Below are positions 14,340 through 28,131 of a DNA stretch of 64,000 nucleotides, in pieces. Both the position numbers and the translations under genes were made by a program. Below the pieces are notes generated by a model. The model did not search any database and had not been told where the DNA came from. It saw nothing but the letters and a program-made list of their open reading frames with translations. Within the stretch, counting starts at the first letter, position 1; each line of letters begins with the position of its first letter. The DNA comes from Octopus sinensis (Eukaryota), in NCBI RefSeq assembly GCF_006345805.1, contig NC_043005.1:9796001-9860000 (forward strand), in the 5' to 3' direction.

Positions 14340-14558
14340 GTGTGTATATGTTTGTGTGTCTGTGTTTGTCCCCCTAGCATTGATTGACAACCGATGCTGG
14401 TGTGTTTACGTCCCCGTCACTTAGCGGTTCTGCAAAAGAGACCGATAGAATAAGTACTGGGCTTACAAAGAATAAGTCCTGGGGCCGATTTCCTCGACTA
14501 AAGGCGGTGCTCCTGCATGGCCGCAGTCAAATGACTGAAACAAGTAAAAGAGTAAAAG
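14135..14558 (+). mobile_element. SINE B, full length
   Basis: Head GGCGCAGGAG, internal (TA)/(TG) tract, tail GACTGAAACAAGTAAAAGAGTAAAAG. Confidence 0.9.
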
Positions 14559-14567
14559 ATATGTATA

Positions 14568-15828
14568 CAGGGTGGGGAAGCAAAATTTACAAAATTTTGA
14601 GGCAGGGATTGAAAGACAGTGTATGACTAATTAGTTTATTGAAAGTAATGAGAATTTATTTGCCACAAGAAAATTTACATAATAGAAAACGTTTTTATTC
14701 TATATGTCTCCCTTCTTTCTCAATAACTGCCTTCACACGCTTCCTGAAACTTGCACGAGTGTTCCTCAAACATTCGGGAGACATCTTCTTCCATTCTTCT
14801 TTAATAGTATCTTTAAGAGAGTCGACATTGCTGTGTGATGTTCTATCGTTAGCATGTTCTAAAACGCCCCAAATAGCAAAAGCCAGCGGGTTTATATCTG
14901 GGTTAGAAGGTGGCCATAAACATGATTTCAAAAAATTGCTAAAGCTGGATTTGCAGAAATCTTGTATTTTTCAAGCTAAGTGGGCTGGAGCTCCATCCTG
15001 TGTCCATACACAATTGCCATCTGGGTAGTTTGCCTTAGGCCATGGCAATACCTGGTATCTCAGTCTTGTAGTAAGTATTAACATTCATAAGCATTTTCTT
15101 TCCATCGGAAGCCACAACACCAAAAGCCATAACTTGAGCAGGTTGTTTTGTTTTCAATGTCCCCTTAACCTCAGCTGTCGATTTTGCGATAAATCTGTCA
15201 TTTCTGCGGTTCAGAACAGCATCGACAGTGAAGATCTTTTCATCTGAAAAGATCGTTACAATGGAGGACTTTTTCTTGAACCATATAATAATTTTCTTGC
15301 ACCTTTCCAATCTCTTTTCCTTCATAGCTGTTGAAAACAAGTGTTTTTGGTGATCTTGTGTAAGATTTTAACCTCAAATCATATTTTACTGCATTTCTAA
15401 TCGTCTTGTTGTCTACCTCAATTTGAATTGCCATTTTTCTCATGGATTTGGTTGGATCCTTTAGGATATGGGATTTGAGAGCTTTAATAAAAGCTTTGGT
15501 ACGTTTTTTGTTGATTCCTCCACTTCCAGACTTCCTTGTAATAGTTTTGCTCATAGTCAATCTATTCTTTACATTATAAACAGTCTTTATGGACACTCCA
15601 ACTATTCTTGAAATATCATTTGGTGTGACGAGTGCATTCAGCAAATCACACTCTCTTTGACATTTGCTTTTCTGATTACTCATATGGCAACATTTTGTGA
15701 AAAAGTAAGGATAATAGTGTTAGGTATGTTTATGACATCCATATATGCTAGGATTCAAAACAATTGACTTACTACCTGCTAAGAAAAAACAACTTAACGT
15801 TCATTGTAAATTTTGCTTCCCCACCCTG
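14568..15828 (-). mobile_element. Tc1/mariner transposon, DD37D (maT) family, full length but inactive
   Basis: Perfect 25-bp TIR CAGGGTGGGGAAGCAAAATTTACAA, TA TSDs, 1261 bp. Confidence 0.95.
14695..15683 (-). pseudogene. DD37D transposase pseudogene
   Basis: HTH N-terminus, FSDEK, WTQDGAPAH, WPPSNPDINPL(A); 37 residues after the second D, third D mutated to A; two frameshifts and a stop. Confidence 0.9.
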
Positions 15829-15876
15829 TATATATATACACACACACACACACACGCACACACACACACACACACG

Positions 15877-15946
<70 letters not shown>

Positions 15947-16259
15947 CATATATATATATGTGTGTGTGTGTGTGCACGCGCGTACCCGTGTGTGTATTAC
16001 GTCATATGTAAACCAACAAGTTTGTTTTCGGAGCGTTGAAATGTATTATGGAACTAGTAGAAAGATAAAATTTATTCAACGCGTAAATACAGAACAGCAT
16101 ATATATACAGGATAAAATCCATTTTTAAGAGCAGAAAAATTTGCCGTTGGCAATTTAAAATTCTTTTACAACGTTTTATTATATTTAAAAATCTATAATG
16201 GGAAGCAAGGTTCACGATATCGGAAGAATATCGCCTTCTCCCATTAGAATTGTCCTTTG

Positions 16260-16668
16260 TGTTGTTTCAGGTTCCAGCAGGCGAGGAAAGAAATCTCAAG
16301 TGGAAATGCAATTTTACAACCAGTTACAGGGAATAAATGGAGTGTGTCGCTCTCAGCAGACCATCTCAAGCTGTGTACGTTTCGTTTTATCTCCGTTAAT
16401 GCGGGTCCATTGCCTCTGGAGATACGACATGCAGACAGGACTGGCCTGGGGACCCACCCAGCGAAGCGTGTTCAGGAAGCGCTTGCGGCGAAGAAGAAGA
16501 AAGAGAATCTGTTTGTTGGGCCCTTATATCCAGTTTTCCATCGCGGGCCTCGTTGTGATCTCGCGCATGGCGAATGGATGCAAGTGAGATCTCGCTCCAG
16601 TCTCGGAGATGGCAATGGGTGCCGGCAAGATCTTATCCAATAGTGCGCTGACTGCTTGTGCCGCTACA
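16260..16668 (-). repeat. 3' LTR of a gypsy element
   Basis: Minus strand: polypurine tract AAGGAAGGGGGGGGG, then TGTAG...CAACA termini. Confidence 0.65.
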
Positions 16669-16922
16669 AGCCCCCCCCCTTCCTTGAGAACGGCAGTGCG
16701 AAAGCAGAATAATTGAAGCAGGTACAAGAAAGAGCAAAGATAGTAACGGATCGCAACCAACAAGATATGGTACAAAAATATGACAAGTCAAATAGAAAAA
16801 TAATTGCAAGAAATATAAATTGGCATGCACAAAATATGACAAAATTTTCAGTGGCAGAGTATTGGAACTGTCCACTAGCACAAGAAAAGAATTGTCTGTC
16901 ACTGGGAACACAAAAGGGATTG

Positions 16923-17714
16923 TCAGGTATAAATAATTTTATTGAGTTTTTGGGGCCAATGCACAGTGCGGCCTGTCCTGGTGACATAGGATTTGTTCGT
17001 GTTAGGTAGTGGCGACGAAGGTGGAGGCGTAAGGTGATGGTGTGGTCGAAGGTGCATGTGCAGGTGGATGCGTAGGTGGTTGTAAGGTATCAAAGGTGGG
17101 CGTGTTTGGGGTGTCATCGAAGGGTGTGAACACCTCAAAATGTGCCCTTTTATGTATGTCGACTGACACGGTCTCTGCCCGACCATTGATGTCGAGACTA
17201 AAAGTTTTAGGTGTGCGCGATAGGACACGATATGGTCCCTTATAAGGGAAAACAAGGGGTCCCTTGACAGAATCATCCCGAAAAAAAACATGAGTCCATT
17301 TGTCAATGTCTGATGGGACCTGAGATGGAATAGACTGGTCACGCGGATGCATGGGTGGAAGACTTGAGAAATGCGAGCGTAGTCTGGTGACATACGACGT
17401 TGGATGAGGATGCGATGAGTTGTCTGGCTCTAACATTGTGCCAGGGAGTACCAGGGTGGTACCGTAAAGGAGTTCAGCAGAGGAGAAACCTAAGTCTGCT
17501 ATAACAGCAGTGCGACAACCAAGAAGAACGATAGGCAGGAATTCTGTCCAAGTTGCCTTCAGTTGCCTGTGAAAACGTTCGACCATCCCGCTGGAAGCTG
17601 GGTGGTAGCTGGTCACACGAATGTGATGAACTCCTAGGATTCGTGATAATTCACGAAATGGGAAGCCTCGAACTGGCGTCCGTGATCAGTGGTTACTTTA
17701 GTTGGGACACCAAA
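16923..17714 (-). pseudogene. Ty3/gypsy integrase fragment
   Basis: FGVPTKVTTDHGRQFE..TSYHPASSGMVERFHRQLK..PYKGPYRV..VTRTGRTVHWP. Confidence 0.9.
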
Positions 17715-17940
17715 GCATGGCAAATAGATGCAGGTGAGAACTCGCTCCAGTCTCGGAGATGGCAATGGCCTCCAGCAAGATTTCATCCAAAGGGAGCTTG
17801 ACAAAATTAGTTAAGTTAGCATAGAATAATGATTTCATATTTTTTTATAATTAAGAACTAAACATTTAATAAATGAATGCGAAAGAGATAGTTGAATTAA
17901 CTACACGCACACACTCGCGCACACATACCTATATACGCAC

Positions 17941-18020
<80 letters not shown>

Positions 18021-18038
18021 GTAGGTAGGTAGGTAGGT

Positions 18039-18123
<85 letters not shown>

Positions 18124-18136
18124 GTAGGTAGGTAGG

Positions 18137-18218
<82 letters not shown>
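17941..18218. repeat. (GATA)n microsatellite
   Basis: Direct reading. Confidence 0.97.
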
Positions 18219-20653
18219 TGCAAGGGAGAGAGGAAGATTGTAAAAGTAACAGATACATATGCATATTTATAACTACCAGTTTTCTTTGCAAGTAAGACAT
18301 TGTTACAAATATACAAATACATTTTCGCCATTAAAATGCGTCGATATATCTCGTTAATACCTAGTAGGTAGAAGAGGTATGTATAATTTGTCTGTGTAAA
18401 CGTGTGTATGCATATATGTATTCAGCTGTATAACAGCTATATATGATTACGTGTATTCCTATTCATGTGTCGGCGTTTACTTAAATATTTAGTTTTGCTT
18501 CTTCTTTTTTTACTTGGTCTCAATTATAACGATCAGTGTCTAAGCTTGTTTTTCTGGCAATATTGGATTATAGAATCACTATAAGAAGCTATTAACGTAT
18601 AGTCATGTAAACACACACGGAAGAACACACACGCATTCATGTATGCCCGCATACACACACGTACAAACCTTCTCCTCACTCTCTCTGTCTCTCTCTCACA
18701 CACACACACTCATATACGCATATATATATTTATATACTGTGTTTGAAGTAACATTGTAAATCTATCTCGCAAATACGAAGGAAATATTTGCGAAGAACTC
18801 GATAAATGTGAAATGAATTCATGTTCAGACTAATAACATCCTGAGATAGAATGATGGCTAAAAATTAAAGGACTTTACAAAATATAAATGTCAGGCACAA
18901 AAGGAAAAATACAGATATATCTGAAATATATTTTGGGGGATATAAACCCGTATTTCTAAAATTCACAGTAGTAAGGTAACGAGTGAGGTGCCTTTATCAG
19001 TGGATGGCAAACAGAAAACAATGATTTTAGAAATTATGGGGGAACGCTTTGCATTCTGTATTAAAATCCAGCAAAGATCAGCATTGCTTGTTAACATTCA
19101 ATGTCCATAAAAACTGTATCATTACCGAGTCAATTTCTATGCTTACATTAATCGAAGAAAAGTCAGGAATTTGAAACCTGTTGGCACAGCGATATTTTCT
19201 CCGACATCGTTCTGGAATCATCTGTATCGGTCCTTTTAATTGCTTTGAACAAAATTGGTGGAATGGAAACGAATCAAACATTTGCTTTATGTGCAACTAA
19301 TGCAGACGTTTATAAAATGTTGCTCGGGTCTGGACCTTAGAGATGAGACTCTAGAAACGCTCCGGGTGGATTTACAAATTAAAAACAAAACCAAACTTTC
19401 CAGATACAGTTTCAAGGTTTCACGACACTGGATTTTCCAGGATTTTGTGGTAAAGCATCTCTCTAAAATGCAGTCGTCAACAGCAAAGAAATATAAACGA
19501 CTGGGTGTTTACTATCTCATAGAAATGAAGTTAATATTATTTTCTCATTATTAGTTAATTCTAGCAAAATGTAAACTGACACTCGAGGACCATCACTCGA
19601 AATAGGCTCCAGGAAACTTGGTACAGCAACCTGTTATCCAGCGAATGTCAGCGGTTGATGCAGTTTAGAGAGTAGCAGGTATTAAGTGTTTAATGAGTAA
19701 TCAAACATGTTTTTCGATAATGAGGTCTAGTTTTGTATTTCATTCAAAGGTGAAAGTTGCGGCGTTTTGAGGGAGGTTGAATAGGCGCACAACACCAATG
19801 GTTTGAATTCCTACATAAAATTCCGAATTCGGAGATGATTTATGGGACCAAATTTTATCAGGTTGCAGGACTGTTGTATTCTTCCATCATTGCAGTGTAC
19901 ACAACGTATGCAAAGACATATCGGTGAACTTCGATTCCATCGACAAGTATAATATTTGGTGATGCAAAATTTCTTCTTCAGCATATTTTGAGACCTTCAC
20001 TTAGATACAAAACAACCACTGCCTGGTTTGCAGCTCATCACAATGTAACTGTTTTGTCAGGTTCTTTTACCTGACCAAAGCAAATAAGCTCGATTGCAAA
20101 GTGGCAGCCTCCTTTTTGCTTCACTCCAAGAAATCAAGTGGAGTTGAAGTCTCCTGCTCTCTAGAATACTTGAATGTCGAGCATACCCGAGCACTGCTGT
20201 AGCTTGAACTCCTCCATGCAAAAACATTCAGTTATTGAAGTGAAAGAACTTCCCGTTAAAATACAGAGTGGCATTCCATACCCACCTCTCATTTATTAAC
20301 ACCTTTCTCTACATTAATGATAGTATTTGTCTATTTAGTTATTTTACATCAAGTTTGTAATGTCCCTTATATAGAATGTATAAGTCTGAACTTACGCCTA
20401 CAAAAGTCAGACAGTAGATCAATTTTCATTTTGGCGAGATTACTACAACTGCTTTTAAACTTTCTGTCTTAACTGAATGTAAATATTCAAGATTTACATA
20501 ACATTTAATTGTCTAAGAAGATCAGTATACGTGTAAAGTTAAAACGAAAAGATGCTTCAAGCTGAAATTATATTTAAATAAATACATAAGATACAGAATA
20601 TTAATTTTTTTTTGTCGCAGTATGTAACGTGATATTATTTTCAAGTATCTCTT

Positions 20654-20709
<56 letters not shown>

Positions 20710-20880
20710 TAATCCAAACAAGAAACACAAAAAGAAACAAAAAAAAAACACAGCAACGCGAGGACGTGGAACAAATAAAGTATTATTGGACGCTCAGGAA
20801 AGAAGGGTTTAACGTATATATATACACATACATATATGTATGTATGTATATATACATGTATATGTATATATATACATACA

Positions 20881-20931
<51 letters not shown>

Positions 20932-20979
20932 GTTGCAAATAAAAGAAAGACGGAAGATGGAATATACCATTCGTTTTAT

Positions 20980-21020
<41 letters not shown>

Positions 21021-21772
21021 CTACGTGTATGTGTTCGCATGTGTGTGTGTGTGCGTGTGAATTGTAATTATGTGTATAACTTGTAACCATCACATGCTTG
21101 CATATGTACATGTGTGTGTATGAACAAACTCTATATGGCTGTGCTTGTGTGTGAGTGTGTGCGGGCGGGCGCGGGCGTGTGTGCACGGGTGTGTCTGTGA
21201 GTCTGTGTCTGTGTATGTATATATATAAGCACGCACGCGCAGAAATGCACACACATACATTAAACGTAAACACATCCGTTCCGAAACGCTGCGTACGTCT
21301 GTTCACACACATTATTACATCAACAGCGAACAGCAAAAACAAGAAGAAAAAGATCCCTCTTTCAGTTGTTGTTTACATTACCCCCTACAGCGATAGAAAT
21401 ATTGACTTAATACTTACGACAGTTTCCACTAGTTTCCTTCATCAATAATAAAGAAAGCAGCGGATATTTGTAGCGTTAGTTTTTGCCAGTTACGTGCTAG
21501 CCTTCCAACGAAGTTAGCTCAATGGAGACAAACCAATTTATGAAAATCAGTTATAAAAACTTAGAAATATTTATCTATTTCCACTTTGCAAGACGAAAAA
21601 TAATTGAACAGCATGCTAATTTATGTAATTTTTTTTTCATATCGCTCATGAATGTGTATAAATATATGTAAGTGCTGATGAATGAGAGAGGCTGCATGTG
21701 TGAGTATGTGTGGGTGACCTTCTATAAATATATGATCAAAAGAGTTTCCGTGTATACGTATAAGTATACAAG

Positions 21773-21810
<38 letters not shown>

Positions 21811-21899
21811 TAAAACTATGCAGATATTGTTGTATGTACGCATAACATATATGTATGTATAAATATATCTATATCTATATCTATCTATCTATCTATCTA

Positions 21900-21999
<100 letters not shown>

Positions 22000-22000
22000 T

Positions 22001-22048
<48 letters not shown>

Positions 22049-22073
22049 AATATATGTATACATACATATATAA

Positions 22074-22133
<60 letters not shown>

Positions 22134-22419
22134 ATTAAATTAGAGATAAAGCCACTATTGGGCAACTCAAAGAGTGATAGACATAAACCAAAACATGAAA
22201 AAACAAAAAATAAATATGATTAATAAACTATACAATATATATATAAAATATAAAATTTAAAATTTGAATTATGAAAATTTGAAATTTTTAAATTTATATT
22301 TATACATTTTTATATTTTTATATTTTAAATTTTATTTTTTTATTTTTTAACTTTTAAACTTTTTTAACTAACCAAAAAGTATAAAAAAGTTAGATATAAT
22401 ATAATAAGTAAAAACACTA

Positions 22420-22732
22420 CATACGTTTCATGGCTATAATTCAATTCGAATTACAACTAAGTTTAAATTCAATTAAAAATTCGAATTAAAATTATAGTCA
22501 ATCTTCAGGTTAATGATAATAGTTAAATAAATAAGCAAACAGAGCTAAACAATATTTTTAAAGAAATAGATGAAATATAATTTTTTCTAATAAAAAAACT
22601 CTATTATCAAATAACCAGCCGAAATTACAAAGATAATCTGGAACTTGACTGAAGAAAGAAAACTCCGAATGATCCGTCCTTGTTTTCCTTGTATTGTCTA
22701 TCTGGATATTTTGGGTTCTTGTCCCATTTTTG

Positions 22733-22740
<8 letters not shown>
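22420..22740. mobile_element. two degenerate Penelope-like termini with HHR-like motifs (22420-22510 minus; ~22645-22680 plus)
   Basis: Minus: CTGAAGA-ttgactataatt...aattatagcca-t-GAAACGTA; plus: gaCTGAAGAaagaaaactccGAA. The plus element is homologous to ~38825-38880 (minus). Confidence 0.45.
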
Positions 22741-22776
<36 letters not shown>

Positions 22777-23744
22777 GCATGCAAACGCCTGCGCACACAC
22801 ATACACACACTTACAAAGATAGGGAGAGATAGACAGAGTGAGTGAATGAGAGAGAGAAAAGGGGTGAGGCATTAATCACAATGGTGAGAAGTTGAAAGGA
22901 ACACTTTGAAGCCACTTAGAATACGAGTCCAATAAAATGTATTTTATTGCTTGTGTGTGTGTGTGTGTGTGTGTGTGTGCTAGCGGGAGAAAATGTCAAT
23001 GTGTGAGTGTGTGAATGTATGTATATAGACATGCATGTATATATATATATATACAGATAGATAGATAGATACGTACATACATATACACACACACACATAT
23101 ACATAAACTAGAATATAGGCACACATATCTACCTACCTACCTACATATATACTTACATGAATAGATACACGCACATACATATGCATACAGACAGACACAC
23201 GTATATACATACATACATACATACATACATACATACATACATACATACATACATACATACATACATACATACACACATATTCGGCTCTGTGTCGGTTACG
23301 ACGAGGGAGAGTTCAGTTGCTTGGGCAAATGAATTACCTTATAATTTAATTAGTGCATAAGTTGCTGAGCATTCCAATTTCACGTAACTCTCAGATAGAA
23401 CGAGGGTGCACAGAGCGTGATAATGCTTTTTCTTCGAATTACGGGTCTTACAGAGAGAGTCAGTTCGACGGGTTTCTATACAAATTTACTTTTATCATAT
23501 TTAATTCAGAAGGAATGCGTGTGGAGAAAATGTCATTTGCCAAATATGTCACTCAGAAGGAGCCAACCTTGAACCTCACGTTTGCGATGCGAACTTCCTA
23601 TTCATTCGACCACTCTACTTTAAACACACACACACACACAACACACACACACTCCCTCTCTCTCTCCTTCTCTCTATCTCTCTCTCTATCTCTCTCCTTC
23701 TCTCTATCTCTCTCTCTCTCTCTCATACACACATACTGTCATAA

Positions 23745-24160
23745 TCCTTACCGTAAGTTCATCTTTGGCGTTACATAGAGTGTTATTGGTCTCTCGCTCA
23801 ACTTTGCCCCACACATAATAATCAAGGGTGTTGCAATCTGGGGGAGATGTTAGGGCTGATATGGTCGCAGAAATTGTCTGACAGCCATGACTGGGTCCTC
23901 CTGATTGTGCGGAATGGTGCGGAGTCCTGTTGCCAGACATAGTGACTCTCAGGAGCCACCCTCTTGACCTCGGTCAGCAGTACCTTCTCTGTGCACTTGA
24001 TGTAAGCCTCTGTGCTGATTCTCAGGCCGTAAGGGAAGGTGAATGGATGTATAACGTCGCCATCACTAGTGATGGCACCAAACCCCATGATGTTGAATGG
24101 ATGCACACACAGAGACGCACAGAAACCAGGGTCGAAATTTTGATAGTTGGTTGACAACTA
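23745..24160 (-). pseudogene. second DD37D-like transposase fragment
   Basis: MGFGAITSDGDVIHPF..VWQQDSAP..PDCNTLDYYVWGKVERETN. Confidence 0.8.
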
Positions 24161-24243
24161 ATTTGGAAAAAGCAGGTCTGCATCTGTCGTGTGTGATTAT
24201 TCTCTTTTACACTAAATTCTCTCCATCGCACATTTCCGCACAC

Positions 24244-24329
<86 letters not shown>

Positions 24330-24537
24330 TTGTATAATAACAGTTTGACACTGCCTTTGAACGTCTGATGATATGGATTTGTCATACACTCATAGAAAGT
24401 TAAGTAATATCAACTGAATCAAAGGTCCTTTCAATGCATATAAATCCAAATATATGTATTCGGCGTTGCTTTGTTTCGTTCATTTACTCATTCCCATCAA
24501 TACATTTATGCATTTGCACATGCACACATATACATGC

Positions 24538-24570
<33 letters not shown>

Positions 24571-24589
24571 TATATACATTCAAAACAGT

Positions 24590-25060
24590 GTCAAATTGAC
24601 GACGGAACTTGAAACGCTCCAGCGAAGACTGGTTTCACAAAAAAGACGAGCTTAACGGCTACTGGGAGAGACTGCAAGAGTTAAGAATCTGCTCTCTAGT
24701 ACGAAGGAGCGAAAGATATGCAGTAATACGCATCTGGGAAATCCTAGAACTCGTACCAAACTTTGGCACTGTCGGCGACACAAATGGCAGGACGGGGCGC
24801 CACTGCATAGTACCAAAAATCCCAACGTTGCCATCAGCATACAGGACCAATTACTGCATTAGCTTGAGCTTCAAGAGCCCGCAGCTCTTCAATATCATCC
24901 CACAATACCTGAGAGACCTGCATGTAAGGGGTGTATGCGTTTTCAAAACAAAAGTAGATATCCTTCTGTTAGGAGTTCCGGATAAACCTACCTCAAGTCA
25001 AGAAACACAGACGAGAGAATCAACGTTAAATTCCCTCATCCACTAAATGTCCCATATCAG
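24590..25060 (+). mobile_element. CR1-like LINE 3' end
   Basis: YWERLQELRICSLVRRSERY..PQLFNIIP..FKTKVD, the C-terminal region after RT in CR1-group LINEs. Confidence 0.8.
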
Positions 25061-25451
25061 AAGAGGTTGAGGGAAAGCAGACGGCGGTGCGAACACCAAA
25101 GCAAACGGTGGTGTTCCAGCATGGCTGCAATCTTCGGACTTGAACTGGAAATTGGTCATGATCTTTAACATTACCATTACGTGTGGCCCTTACATGAGTA
25201 ATAAACTTTCGGAGGCATCGCAGTTAATATCATTCGTCTGCACAGTTTTTTCCACAGATATACACACATACTCTCACTCCCACACAAACACTCACACCCT
25301 CACATACACATGCACATACACAAAACTATATATGTGTATATATTTATGTGTGTGTGTGTGTGTATTTGTGTGTTTTGTTTAGTATGTGTGTAAGAGCAAA
25401 GTGGAAAGAGTAAAGAGTGACATATACAAGCATATCTGTTGACAAGCAAAC

Positions 25452-25818
<367 letters not shown>

Positions 25819-26299
25819 TAGAATAATTCATTGTATTGTGTTGAATACGTTATCAGCTGATACGTAGAAAGTTAGCAAAATGTAAATATATAGGAAAGCT
25901 ATATCAAGAGAAAAGAAATTGCTCAAGGCGTAATTGAAAAAGACATGACATGAAGACCTGTTAGCGAAAACGGCGTATGTGAACAACTATATGGCGGCTG
26001 GTCAAGGAAAAGGCGTCTGTTTACTATAATGGAAATGGCTGAAAACATGACATTATTTTAACAAAAGCTGCAGCAAGTACAGCTCGCCAAGAAATGTTTT
26101 GTTTTGTCTACTCACATATAGATACTGTTAATTAGTCGCAAGAGGAAGGACTGTGCGTATGAGCTGTGTAGACATTACTGGTGAGATTACTGCTGTTTAT
26201 GCAAGAAGGCGACTGTAGATATGATTGTTATGAGAGTGGAAATGACTTTCTTAGTGCTACGAAATTGTAGAATAATATTTGGATAAATTTATTAATGTG

Positions 26300-26640
26300 C
26301 TGTCTGAAAGTTAAAACATAGAAAGAATGATGCTGCAGAAAGACAACTAGTAGGTCAAGTGAAGGTTATATATGAAATGTCAGTTCTAGTTCGCAAGAGA
26401 AGATACCATTTTCGTAGAGGTAAAGAGCTCAGACAAGAAATTCTACGTGTGTCCTCTGCGGATTGTAATTTTTGGTGAAGGAGATTCTGTCTCAAGAACA
26501 ATATTTTTCTCTCAGACACATTATAGAATATAATTTTTCTAAGAGGAAGCAACAGAATTTTCTATACACGGCCATGAATAAAGTCTGGATAACACATCAA
26601 GTTTACAAAGACTGGGTTACATGGTTGTGTTGGTAAGGTG
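26300..26640 (+). mobile_element. possible decayed pogo/Tigger transposase fragment
   Basis: NKVWITHQVYKDWVTW at ~26578-26625 resembles the NxKAWxTxxxFxDWF motif; the rest is fragmented. Confidence 0.3.
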
Positions 26641-27244
26641 TATTATTCATTTGCTTCCATGATAGAGTAGCTATTATGTATTAATGCTATTATTTGTTAA
26701 CGCTACATCCGTCTGATATCGGAGTAGTAGTACATGTTAATCAGAATGAGTGAGATAATTTACGAATAAAGAATGTGTGGATGAAATATTTCAACCAGCT
26801 TCAAATAATACATTTCAAACACGTTTTCTAAGGAATCCTTATAAGGATGAGTCTATAGGTTAGTCATTGTTACATCAGATAACCAGAATAATGATCGATG
26901 ATGTGCTAAGGTCTAACATAATTTCACTCTATAAGTCCTTAAGGTCACGAAGTGGCAAGACCGTTATCACTACGGACAAAATGCTTAGCGGCATTTCGTC
27001 CGTCTTTACGTTCTGAGATTAAATTCCGCCGAGACTGGATTTGCCTTTCATCCTTTCGGAGTCGGCAAAAGAAGTACCACTCAAGTACTGAGTCGATGTA
27101 ATCGACTCCTCCATCTCCTCAAAAGCTGCTGCCTTTGTGCCAAATTTTGAAACCTCACCTTTAATAATTCCTGTAAAAATGTAATCTAAAAAAACACTAC
27201 TGTTCTATATTTTAGAGACGAGAAATTCTATACATTATTTATAT

Positions 27245-27385
27245 TATTTAAATTGGACGGATATGTGACCTCATCTTGTTTGTTGTTACCACAACATTTC
27301 AGCTGATTTACACTCCAGTCTTCATCAGGTTTCCTGGTAGAATTTTGAACTCAACTCTGGGTTCTCATTCCTAAGGTTTTTTTTG
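27245..27385 (-). mobile_element. SINE D tail with decayed HHR (third copy)
   Basis: Reverse complement aacCTGATGAagactggagtgtaaatcagctGAAATGTTgtgg; matches 33600-33740. Confidence 0.75.
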
Positions 27386-27386
27386 C

Positions 27387-27435
<49 letters not shown>

Positions 27436-27467
27436 ATTATTATTATTTATTCATAGCTGTATAGAAT

Positions 27468-27905
27468 AGCTGTATGGTAAGTAGCTTGCTTGCCAGCCAC
27501 ATGGTTCCGGGTTCAGTCCCACTACATGGCACCTTGGGCTAGTGTCTTCTACTATAGCCTTGAACCGACCAAAGTCTTGTGAGTGGACTTGGTAGGCGGA
27601 AACTGAAAGAAGCCCGTCGTGTATATATATATATATGTATATATATGTTTGCGTGTTTGTGTGTGTGCATGTGTGTGGGCATATGTGCGTGTGTGTAGGT
27701 TTGTGTGTCTGTGTTAGTCCTCCCATCATCGCTTGACAACCGATGTTGGTGTGTTTACGTCCACGTAACTTAGTAGTTCGACAAAAGTGTACGATAGAAT
27801 AAGTATTAAGCTTACAAAGAAAAAAGAACTGGGGTCGATTTTCTTCGACTAAAGGCGGTGCTCCAGCACGGCCGCAGTCAAATGACTGAAACAAATGAAA
27901 AAAAG
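27468..27905 (+). mobile_element. SINE B
   Basis: Matches both halves of family B. Confidence 0.85.
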
Positions 27906-27943
27906 AAAAAAGAATCCCTTGAATGAATGAATGAATGAATGAA

Positions 27944-28009
<66 letters not shown>

Positions 28010-28090
28010 TAATAATAATAATATATTATTATTTAATTATTTAATATAATTTAAATATAATTATTTAAATATATATATTTAAATAATAGT

Positions 28091-28131
<41 letters not shown>

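Noticed and set aside
16198-16643. 128-129-aa plus-strand ORFs
   Set aside because: They lie antisense within the GC-richer gypsy LTR; no recognisable motif.
16713-17009. 98-aa antisense ORF in the gypsy 3' region
   Set aside because: Short, overlaps the pol end, no recognisable domain; not supportable as an env-like or extra gene.
21418-21517. Minus-strand exon candidate with a gtaagt donor
   Set aside because: Every frame from the available acceptors hits a stop before the donor.
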